A DNA stretch of 32,000 nucleotides, taken from positions 482,809 to 514,808 of the forward strand of contig NZ_CP010546.1 in NCBI RefSeq assembly GCF_001272835.1. The letters are read 5' to 3'. The translations under genes and the position numbers were made by a program. Shown piece by piece: positions 17,172 to 27,087 of the stretch; positions within the stretch are counted from its first letter, which is position 1, and every line of letters begins with the position of its first letter. The stretch comes from Mycoplasmoides pneumoniae FH (GTDB taxonomy: Bacteria; Bacillota_I; Bacilli_A; Mycoplasmatales; Mycoplasmoidaceae). The notes beneath the pieces are model-generated. The model did not search any database and was not told the origin of the DNA. It was given only the letters and a program-made list of their open reading frames with translations.

Positions 17172-18792
17172 CTTGTTTTTCTATCAAATATCAGATAAGC
17201 AAAAGCGTTGAAATTGGTATTGAAAGTTAGCTTTAGCGATTATTGTTTTAGTTGTTATTATCTACAGCTTTATCGATAACTTTTCCGGTTTTAACGTATC
17301 TGGTTTTAGGAATTTTAGTCGTAATTTTATCCGGTTATTCACCCCTGACACAGCACGTGATTACTTTTTGGGCTCTTACCTACTGCAAACCATTTTTTAT
17401 GTCGTGAGTGGTAGTATTTTGGGATTTGTCATAGCCCTGTGGTTTTCGTACCTCACTGCCTTTAAAATCCAGCCACTTTACATCGCTTTACCAACTCGCT
17501 TATTCACCATTTTTCTGCGTTCCTTTCCAGTACTTGTGTTTGCTTTTTTGTTTAACAATTTGTTTAACAAACAACTAACAGCAACCTTAACGATTACCTG
17601 GTTTAGTTGATTGTGAAGCACTAAGTACATAACTGCTTTTTTTGAAAACAGTGCTTTAAAACAATTTTTTAACCAAAGCTCTAGATATATACATAAATTC
17701 AAAGCTTTTTGGAATACCGTTGTTATTTCCCAAGCTGAGCGCTTATGGTTGTTTTTGCTCTACAGCTTGGAAGCTAACTTTCGCTGAACAACAGTTTTGA
17801 GTATTGCTGGCATTACTGGAATTGGTGAGCTCATTGCCACACCTCTAGGGGGCACAGTGCAGCTTAACTTAGTTTTAATACCGATGTTAACTTTGATCGG
17901 CTTTTTACTGTTTTTAGAAGCGAGTGTTTTTCTGTTAACTAAGTTTGTTTTACAAAAACAGAGCCAAGCCGGTGATTACTTTTTACAAGCTAAAACACTG
18001 CAAAAGAGAAAGTGAAAAAAAGTGATGATTTACATCCTAGCTTTGGTTTTAGCGGCTTTTACCTTGGCTAATTTAGTACAGTTGGACTATACGGTTAAAG
18101 CGCCAGGGTTTGTGGCTGACTTTTTTAAACAGTTCTTTCAAACAAAAACAGCTTTTTTAATTAGTGAAGACGCTAACATTAACCCACTTTTAATGTTGTT
18201 AAAACTCACAACTCAAGCGATTAGTTTAATTACCTTAGTGTTTGTGTTAGCACTCTTGTTTGGCTTTTTAGCATCAAAGCTGTTTTCCACTATAACCTCA
18301 ATTAGCTTAAAACTGTTACTTTTAGTGATTAGGGTAATTCCCAGTGTCTTACTGTTCCGCTTATTTGATCCAATTATTTTTCGCCCAGAAACTACCATTA
18401 TCTTTGTTTTAGCAATCCACAGTGCTGCTAGTTATGGTCAACTGATAACGATTAACTTTGATAATGCCAACGAAGGGGTAATTAACAACATGCAGAACCA
18501 CGGCTTTAGTAGGTTTTACATCTTGTGAAATTACCTCATACCAACCACTAAGCCCCAACTGTTAAATACGTTAAGTGATAGCTTTGATAATGCCATCCGC
18601 GACTTAGTTGTGTTTGGGATCTTTGGTGGTTCGATTATTGGGGGGCGAATTAACAATTTCTTTGAGCGAGCACAGTACTCTGAATTGGGCACAATAACCT
18701 TACCCTTAATGGTTTACTTAATGGTGTTTGAAGTCATTTTAATGGCAGTACGGTTAAACAAACTCAAAGTGTGACAGCGCCATCTGTGGTAG
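17164..18792 (+). CDS. p69: ABC transporter permease (p69), multi-pass membrane protein
   Basis: ATG 17164 overlaps the p29 stop (ATGACTAG). Track ORFs 17368.., 17797.. and 18022.. share one frame and are joined only by TGA. The protein is hydrophobic throughout. Stop is TAG 18790-18792. Confidence 0.85.
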
Positions 18793-19215
18793 TTAATTGG
18801 GTTTTTGTTGGTTTAAGAAACGCTCTAAGATTAAGGTAGCCGCTAAGGTGTCCTTGGCCTTTTTAAAGGTTCTGTTTTTTAAGCCTAATTCCTGCAAGTT
18901 AGCTTTTACCTCACTCGTAGTACCACTTTCATCAATGAGTGTTACTGGTACATTAAAGCGGGTTTTTATTAGTTCCACAAACTTGTGAATGCTCACTTGG
19001 ATACTTGACTGGTAGTGGAAGTGGGGAAAGCCAATCACTATTTGCACTAATTCATAACCAGCTTGCTTTAAATCCTTAAAAAGGGTATTAACGGCTTGTT
19101 GCAAATTATTTTGTACCGCAAACACGCGGAAGGGACTTGGAAAGCGGTCAATGGTATTGGCTAGTGCTGTACCAATTCTCTTCAAACCAAAATCAATGCC
19201 TAAAATGTACTGCAC
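18793..19215 (-). CDS. ruvX: YqgF/RuvX-family putative pre-16S rRNA nuclease (Holliday junction resolvase-like)
   Basis: The N-terminus (M)QYILGIDFGLKRIGTALAN.. is the typical YqgF motif. The start is GTG 19215. The protein is 140 aa. Stop TAA is at 18793-18795. Confidence 0.85.
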   Translation of the reverse strand: MQYILGIDFGLKRIGTALANTIDRFPSPFRVFAVQNNLQQAVNTLFKDLKQAGYELVQIVIGFPHFHYQSSIQVSIHKFVELIKTRFNVPVTLIDESGTTSEVKANLQELGLKNRTFKKAKDTLAATLILERFLNQQKPN

Positions 19216-21917
19216 TATTGAAGGGTATCGAGGATAGCTTGTAGTTTACTTACATCCACCGACTCGTTAAACGAACCCCTAAAGAAGTTATTACTACCCC
19301 CACCCTTAAGTTCAAAGTGAGCTTTTAAAAGCTGAATACATTTAGAAACATCTTGCCCTAATAACATAAAGGACGGACTGTTGTTGAATTGGTTGAGGAG
19401 TACAAACAGCTTGTTTTTGTGTTGGTTCAAGACTGCTTGGGCTACTTGTGATAACAGTTTCGGATCAACTGCTGCAAAGCTAGCGAGAACATAAGCTTTG
19501 TCTTGCTTTGCTAGCTCTAACAATTCCTGTTTGATCTTTTCCGCTAACTGCTTTTGCTTCCACTTAAAGTCTTCCGTTTTCAGTTCATTAACCGTTATTT
19601 TGAGTTCATTTAGTAAAGCTTGGCATTTACGTAAATCAGTAATTACTTGCGGCAAGTGAAAGTGATTTAGTTGCTTAGTTAAAGCAGTTTTTTGCTTGTT
19701 CAAAGCGGGGTTAGCAATGTTGTTTAGTGTATTGTGTAAACTGTTAATGGTTTCACTTAACTTGCCATTCTGCTCATTGAGGTAAGCTGCAATTGTTTCG
19801 TTACTACTAATGATTTCAATCCGTCAACGCCCTGTGCCACGAGCATAGTAATCAGTAATAAAACAGTTCTCAATTAAACCAGTGTGTTCCACATGGGTAC
19901 CACCACAAAGCTCGACACTAAAATCACCAAAGCGAATTACCCGTAACAACTCGTGGTTCGAATACTCCTCTTCAAAGTAGGCAATCGCATTAAGTTTTTG
20001 ACTACCCTCTAGATCAGTAAAGATCTCTTCGCGCTGAATGTCTTGTTGAATAATTTGTCGAATCCTGTGTTCCACCCGTTCCAGTTCGGCTCAGGTTAAG
20101 GCTCGCGAAAAATTAAAGTCAATGGTAGCTTTTTGCGCTGACTTAAAGGCGCCGTCTTGTTTAATCAAGGGGTCAATTTCCTTTTGCAATGCCGCGTGCA
20201 GTAAGTGTTCTAAACTGTGGTTGTTTTTCACTAGTTGGCGCCACTTACCGTCATGTACTAGGATCACTTTGTCACCTAGTTGAAAACTACCAGTTAAAAA
20301 GAAGTGGAAGTGTTGTTTATTAGGGCCTTTAAACACGCCCTGAAAGCTTACTCTTTGATCATTTTGGCTGTGGTTAATACAGTACCCCTCATCATAACGC
20401 TGACCGCCTGATGTGGCATACAGCACCGTTTGGTCAAACACCACATAACCACTTTGGTTGTGCAGTTTTTGCACCGGTTGGTACTGTTCATCAAACAGCC
20501 CAATGACCTTGGCGGTGATCTCATTAGCCTCGTATAAGAACTCACTCGCTGTTTTAAAGTTCACTAAGTGTTCATTTTGCTTTTCAAAGCTCAACGTATT
20601 ACTGTTTTGTTTGGAGATCAAACGGTGCTGTTCCATCAGTTGTTCCACGGCCTTTCAGTCTACCTGGAGTTGGCGCTTATCCACCAGTTCCTTAATCATT
20701 TCAATCGGAAAGCCATAGGTTTCGTACAACTGGAAGGCTACTTGGGGTTTGAGTGCATTATGAGCAATACTCTTTTCAAACAGCATTAAGCCCAAGTTAA
20801 TTGTTTTATCAAAGGCCGTAACTTCCTTTCAGATTGCTTGTTGCACCACCTGGTTTTTCCCCTGCAACTGCTGGTAGTAAGACCCATAAACGCTAATAAT
20901 GGCATCGACCATCGGATCAATAAACTTTAAGTCTAAGTCCAGTTTTTTGCAGGCCAACAAAGCGCGGCGCAGTAACCGGCGCACAATGTAACTGCGCTCG
21001 TTGGGTCCTGGCAATACGCCTTCGGCAATGGTGAAGGTAATTGCCTTAAAGTGGTCACTAATAATGCGAAAGGCACTTTGCGCTTCGTTTAACTTTTGGT
21101 CAAACTTAAAGTATAAGTTGGTATCATACTTATGCTTACAGTGCTGTTCAATAATGCCAATTAACTTTAAGAAGATATCCGTGTCAAAGTTAGTCGGCGC
21201 GTCCTGTAAGATTGCTACTAGGCGTTCAATACCGGCCCCAGTATCGATGTTCTTCTGCGCTAACTCACTGTAGTTACCATTGCCATCATTGTTAAACTGA
21301 CTAAAGACAATGTTCCACACTTCCACATAACGGTCGTTTTCAATGTCCTCAAAGAACAGTTTTTCACCAACCTTGTGCGGATCAAACCGCTCCCCGCGGT
21401 CATAGTAAATTTCCGTACACGGTCCACATGGTCCTAAACCTAAGTCCCAGAAGTTGCGGTCGCGGTCACACTTAATAATCCGACTTGCAGGAATACCGTG
21501 TTTAAGTCAGGTGTTAAAGGTCAATTCATCATCTTGGTACACTGTAATGTAAAAGCGCTTCGGATCCAAGTGGTAATGATTGACTAAAAGATCATTGGCA
21601 AAGCCAATGGCCTCTTCCTTAAAGTAATCACCAATCGAGAAGTTACCCAACATCTCAAACAGCGTTTGGTGTCGCGATGTAAAACCGACGTTTTCAATGT
21701 CATTAACCCGTAGACAAATCTGGGCGTTGGCTAACCGTTTACTCGGTGGTGTTTTCTTAGCACTAAAGTAGTCCTTTAAGGTCGCTACCCCGGAGTTAAT
21801 CCACAGCAGTGAAGGATCATTTACGGGAATTAACGATTTGGAAGGGAGTGCTAAGTGGCCCTTGGCAGTAAAGTAATCTAATCAGGTTTGTCTAACCTTA
21901 TCAGTTGTTCATTTCAT
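19215..21917 (-). CDS. alaS: Alanyl-tRNA synthetase (900 aa)
   Basis: ATG 21917. The N-terminus is [64 protein letters not shown]. The editing-domain motif ELCGGTHV is present. Four track fragments share one frame and are joined only by TGA (the gaps at 19704-19823 and 20649-20828 were checked codon by codon). Stop is TAG 19215-19217. Confidence 0.95.
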
Positions 21918-21968
21918 TGGTTTAATTGTAAATGTTTGCCTTAAACCAAGGATGACCACGCAACAAGC

Positions 21969-22694
21969 TTACACTTCAAACTTCTTGTTGGCAATTTGTG
22001 CATACACCATTCGATCTTGACGGAACTGGTGGAATTTAACCTCACTGTTAAGCGTTCACAGCCCTAAAGGTAACTGCAAGCTCAACACCATGTCCGGGAA
22101 CTTTTCGTAAATGTTTGTTCAGGGATGGAGATACTGACACACTTGCTTAATTTTGAGTGCATCAACTGCTTGGAACTGCTTTTTCGTTCAAAACAAAAAG
22201 GCTATTTGGTAGTTGGGGTTAATGTCATACAAGCGCTGTAAGGAAGCAAAGTTAAACGAGGAGAACACTACCTTTTCAATTACTTTTTTGCCATACTGTT
22301 GGGCCAAAGCATCAATTTTAGCTTCAATTCCCGGGTATTCCTTTTGGTCAGTTTTAATTTCCACGTTAATTAGTTGAAATTTATCTAAGTACTGATCAAA
22401 GAACTCCTTTAAGGTCATAATCGGCTGGGGTTGCGTTTTGAACTTAAAGAAAGCACTGTGATCATCTTGCTTTAAACTAGCGAGTGTTTCCAGTTCGATT
22501 GTTTTGTCGACTAGCGCTGTTCTGGTGGTAGTTTCATCATGGATAATCACTAACTCCCCGTCCTTGGTCAAGTGCACATCTAACTCCACGCCATCAAAGC
22601 GATATTGGAACGCTAATTCAAACGCTAGCTGGGTGTTTTCAGGCGCAATATCACTGTACCCACGGTGTGCTAGCAGAAGTTGTCGTTTAAGCAT
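21969..22694 (-). CDS. glpQ: Glycerophosphodiester phosphodiesterase (241 aa)
   Basis: The GDPD motifs are [43 protein letters not shown]. Track ORF 22188..22694 continues through three TGA codons to TAA 21969-21971. Confidence 0.9.
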
Positions 22695-24114
22695 TGTCTA
22701 AGGTTCTCCAGCGGTAATCGGTTTTACCCAAGCGCTTTAACTCTCAAGTATTAACCAAAAAGACAATCGTACCACACAATAAACCAAACAGGGCTATTCC
22801 TAGACAAATAGCTGCAATAATTTGGTAACCCTGAATCGAGGTATTCTTCTGACCGTCTGGGGTATAAGCCTTACCCACGACACTTGTAACCGTGTAGAGC
22901 CAACCATCAGTCGAAAAACCAATAAAGGAAAGTAAACCAACACTAGAAGCATAGTTGTTTTTACCAATCTCTATTTCCGCTACCTGGTTGTACCTAACGG
23001 TTACCATACCCCAAGACAACACCCCGGTGAGAATGTAGAGGATCGCCGATACGATAATCAAGGCATAGTTTTGCTGTTGGCCCACTTGCCCAAAACCTAA
23101 GAGAATAAACATCAAGACAAAGATAATGCCAAGTCCTGTACACAACATTAAAAAGAGGATGTAGCTCCTAAACTTATCAGCTAACCTGCCCAAGTACACA
23201 CTTACAGCACTGCGCAAAACATACGTCCTTACACCACCCAGTACAGTCCCTAAGATCACTGGTGCCAAAAAGGCGTTTTGCATCATTTGTAAAAGATAAT
23301 AAGCAAACGTACTTTGAAAGACATACATTCCCATTAAAAAGAAGGACAAGAGTCACAACTTCCAGTTCTTTAAGGTAATGAGAATCTGTTCAAAGTTCTT
23401 TTTGGCAGTTTTTAAACTGGTATGACTGTCGTACTTTTCAATTGGTTTTTCTGGTACAAAGAACAGCACGGTAAACCCAGTAACGAGCAACATGCCACCA
23501 ATAATAAAGGCATAAATGGCAAACGGTGCGGGATTATTAGCACTACTTTCACCACCGGCTGGGTAAGCTACTGCTGTAATAATCAAGGCAATTAAGAAAA
23601 TAAAAATAAAACCCCAAACACCATTAGCAGCGCCCTGAATACCAAAACCCAATGCTTGGTTTTCCTGGGTTGCTTGTTGACTCGCTAACTTTCACAGTGG
23701 TGTTCAAAAGATTAAGGTCGAAGTAATACCCCAAAGCCCCCAAATAACACAGTACTGTACAAACAAGGCATTGGATTTTTGGCTTTCACGAGTAAGAATG
23801 TTAGTAGCTAGCCAAAAGGTAATTACACCCGTTGAAATTTCTGACAAGAACAATAGTTTCCGCGAACTAAACCGGTTCGCTAAAAAACCACCAGGTAACT
23901 GCGTGGCTAAGGTCACATAACCAATAATCGAGGTTAAGGTGGCCACTTCATCTTCAGTAATCCCTAAATACAGGTGCAAGTTAGGCACCACATTCTTAAT
24001 ATAGTACGGGGCCGCAATTACAAAAACATCAGCCGCACCGAGAATAATTAGTGCTATGAGCTGCTTTTTGGAAAACTGCTGCAACCGTTTCTTTAAACTA
24101 AGTTTCGTTTCCAT
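22687..24114 (-). CDS. glpU: MFS-type permease (475 aa), co-operonic with glpQ; candidate glycerophosphodiester/glycerophosphocholine transporter
   Basis: ATG 24114. Three track fragments are in-frame and joined by TGA. TGA at 22744 is also read through to TAA 22687-22689, giving an 8-nt overlap with the glpQ start (ATGCTTAA). The protein has many hydrophobic helices. The symbol comes from my recollection of M. pneumoniae MPN421. Confidence 0.8.
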
Positions 24115-24139
24115 TGTGACACAACGAAATTACGCCATT

Positions 24140-24145
24140 ATTTTA
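24140..24145 (-). promoter_or_regulatory. Candidate -10 box TAAAAT for the permease-glpQ operon
   Basis: The minus-strand sequence ..CCACTAAAATAATGGCG.. lies 25 nt upstream of ATG 24114. No recognisable -35 is present. Confidence 0.25.
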
Positions 24146-24244
24146 GTGGTAATTATGGGGTTAATCCGGTTAGCTTGCCAAAAAATAAATTAGAAAAACG
24201 TTTTTGGCATACATTTATTGCAAAAAGTGAGAGGAAAACCGTAT

Positions 24245-25357
24245 TTAGATTTGGCTAGCGGTAATGATACCACTCCCCAAACAAATGCCATTCTGGGTAT
24301 ACAAAACACCATACTGACCGTTGGTAACGCGGTCAATTGGTTGATCTAGTTGTACTTGCACGACGTTGTTTGGTTGTACTGTTATGTGCCCTTGCACTAA
24401 CGGTTGGGCATGGCGAATCCGTACCAGAACGGTTTGGGTCAATGGATTGGGTTGGTACAACCAGTTAAAGTGGGAAAGGGTAATGCCACGACGCTGTAAA
24501 TCTTCTGGGTCACTCGAGACATACAAGGTGTTTGTTTTTAAGTCCTTTTCAACGACAAAGTTCCGTGCTGCTTGCCCACCTAAATTTAAGCCACTGCGCT
24601 GCCCAGTGGTGTAAAATCACACCCCTTCATGACTGCCTAGTTGGCGCTGCGTTTTTCAATCATAAATAACCCCCGGTTTGACTGGTAAATAATTCTTTAA
24701 GAAGTCACTAAAGTGGCGTTCCCCAATAAAGCAAATGCCGGTTGAGTCCTTTTTAGTAGCCACACTAAAGTGGTGTGCTAACGCTATTTGCCGCACCTCC
24801 GTTTTCAGTAAATGCGCCAAGGGAAACACCACGTCTTGTAGTTGCGCTGGTTTGACATGCGCTAAAAAATAGGTTTGGTCCTTGTGCTTGTCTTTGGGAA
24901 TGGCCAGTAAAGGTTGGTTGTTGTCCCAGCTAAGTGCCGCATAATGCCCTGTAGCAAAGTCACTGTTGGGATCTAACTGCTTGCAGTAATCACGCATTAG
25001 CCCAAATTTAATTAAACGGTTACACAACATGTCGGGGTTAGGGGTTAACCCGTTTTTAAAGGCATCAATGGTAGGGAGAAATACCTGCTTTCAGTACGGT
25101 TCCACCAGGTTTTGCTTAATTAGTTTGATTCCTAGTAATTGGGCAATTGCTTGCGCTTCGCGAAAATCTTCTTTGGACGAACAACCCGACTTATGCTCGT
25201 TAAAGGCGCGGTGACCTAACTGGTCGTTATTTAGTGTATTGTCCCAGCACTCCATAAAAATGCCAATCACTTCGCGGTACTGTTGCTTTAAAAGGAGCGC
25301 ACTCACAGCTGAGTCCACTCCACCTGATATTCCGACAAAAACGGTTTTATTTTGCAT
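24245..25357 (-). CDS. mnmA: tRNA-specific 2-thiouridylase (tRNA 5-methylaminomethyl-2-thiouridine synthesis)
   Basis: The PP-loop is MQNKTVFVGISGGVDSAVSA. Other motifs are ..NPDMLCNRLIKFG.. and ..YTTGQRSGLNLGG... Three track fragments are in-frame, and both gaps were checked and contain only TGA. Stop is TAA 24245-24247. Confidence 0.92.
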
Positions 25358-25747
25358 CTAGTAAACTGTTAAAACACCAAAGCGCTTACCCAACTGCTGG
25401 TGGTAACGCCCGACATCAACACCCTTAGTTATGGCCAGCGCTGAAATAAATAAGGTTAACGCTTCATAAAAGCTCTGACAACAACTTTTGACATCACCTT
25501 TAGGATTGTCCACTAAAACAGCTAACAAATCCAGTTGTTTGACCACTTCACTACTAATAAAAAAGGCGTCACTGAGCATCGGTTTTAAAAAGAAGGACTG
25601 ATCATCATAATCATCATCTTCATAAATTAACAGGGTACTCTGTTCGCGTTCCAAACAACGATTAAAGTTTTGGCGAAAGGTCTCAAAATCAACTTTTTCA
25701 AACTCAGTTTGCACAAACTGCTTCAAGGCTAAAAGTTGTGGTTTCAT
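25358..25747 (-). CDS. Hypothetical 129-aa protein with an acidic patch (..YEDDDYDDQSFF..)
   Basis: ATG 25747 overlaps the ylxM stop (TAATG). Stop TAG 25358-25360 is immediately followed by the mnmA ATG. No TGA and no recognisable motif. Confidence 0.75.
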   Translation of the reverse strand: MKPQLLALKQFVQTEFEKVDFETFRQNFNRCLEREQSTLLIYEDDDYDDQSFFLKPMLSDAFFISSEVVKQLDLLAVLVDNPKGDVKSCCQSFYEALTLFISALAITKGVDVGRYHQQLGKRFGVLTVY

Positions 25748-26055
25748 TACCTTAGTTTAATAAGTTGCTCGCGTAATTGGGGATCTGTTATTTTTTCGTA
25801 CAACTTTAAACGGAGCTGTTGCTTTTTAAACAACTGCAATTTCGCTTCAAAACGGTTAAAGATCAGGTTGCAGGTTTTGATGTGTTGGTGGATTGAACTT
25901 TTCTTAACTTGGTATTTATCAGCAATCTCTTGCATGCTCAAATCCAGGTTAATGTACTCGTTAAAGTAACACGCTTGCCGTTTGGTTAAAAGTTCCCCGT
26001 AAATATCAAATAGTTGCTGTTGCTTTAAACGCTGGTTAAGTTTGGTTTGGTTCAT
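25747..26055 (-). CDS. ylxM: YlxM/UPF0122 family putative HTH protein (signal-recognition-particle operon accessory protein)
   Basis: 102 aa. The sequence ..FDIYGELLTKRQACYFNEYINLDLSMQEIADKYQVKKSSIHQHIK.. shows the sigma-region-4-like HTH typical of YlxM. ATG 26055 lies inside the ftsY 3' end (20-nt overlap). Confidence 0.85.
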   Translation of the reverse strand: MNQTKLNQRLKQQQLFDIYGELLTKRQACYFNEYINLDLSMQEIADKYQVKKSSIHQHIKTCNLIFNRFEAKLQLFKKQQLRLKLYEKITDPQLREQLIKLR

Positions 26056-27082
26056 GGTTGAGGCTTAAATTCTTGGTAAGACCCAGTACATATTGCTCTA
26101 AATCAAAGGCCGCTAAATCAGCAGTTGTTTCTCCAAAACCAATCAGTTTTACCGGTAAGTTAAACAGGTCTTTAATCGCTAGGATAATCCCACCCTTAGA
26201 GGAGCTGTCCATTTTGGTAAGGATAATCCCGGTAAGCTCGGTAAATTCATTAAAGACCTTGGCCTGTGCTAACCCCGATTGTCCGGTAGTACCATCTAAA
26301 ACGAGCAGTGTTTCTTGGGGTTTAGCGCTACTCACCTTCTGGACAATTTGGTAAATCTTTTTCAACTCATTCATTAAGTTGGTTTTGTTTTGCAACCGTC
26401 CCGAGGTGTCACACAACACAAAGTCGTATTCGTTTTGAATGCCTTGTTGCACCCCACGGAAGATCACCGCTGGCGTTTCCTCTTTGGGATTGGGTAAAAC
26501 AATGTCACAACCTATGCGCTGCGCTCATTCTGCTAACTGGGCCACTGCCCCAGCGCGAAAGGTATCCCCAGCGACCATTAACACCCGTTTGTTTTGCTTG
26601 GTAAGCTGGTCAGCTAGTTTGGCTAATGAAGTTGTTTTGCCAACACCATTAACCCCGACAAACAAATACACGTTGGTTTTATTAGCTTCAACCGTTAAAT
26701 CAGTTTCAAACAACTTATCTTGGATATAGTAAACAATTAACTTATCGACAATAATTTCCTGGATTAACTGAGGATCACTCACTCGTTGTAGTTTGAGTTC
26801 TTGGACAATCGCATCACAGATTTTAGTAGCCGCATGGTAACCAATATCAAGCAACACTAACTCCTCAAACAAACTTTCTTGAAACTGTTCGTTAACCGTT
26901 ACATAGTTAGCTGCTAGTTTATTAATGGTATTGGCAAAGCTGTTAGCCGACTTGTTTAAACCCTGGTAATAGCTCTTTTGGTTGGCTTGAAAGAAGCTCT
27001 TTTCCTGGACAGCTTGTTGCACTTGGTCGACCAGTTTCTTTTTCGGTTTAAACTTCTGGATTAGCTTGTGGATAAAACTCAT
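26036..27082 (-). CDS. ftsY: Signal recognition particle receptor FtsY (348 aa)
   Basis: The GTPase motifs are LFVGVNGVGKTTSLAKLA (G1), DTSGRLQ (G3) and TKMDSSSKGG (G4). Two track fragments are joined by TGA at 26525 (gap checked). Stop is TAA 26036-26038. Confidence 0.93.
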
Positions 27083-27087
27083 AACAA

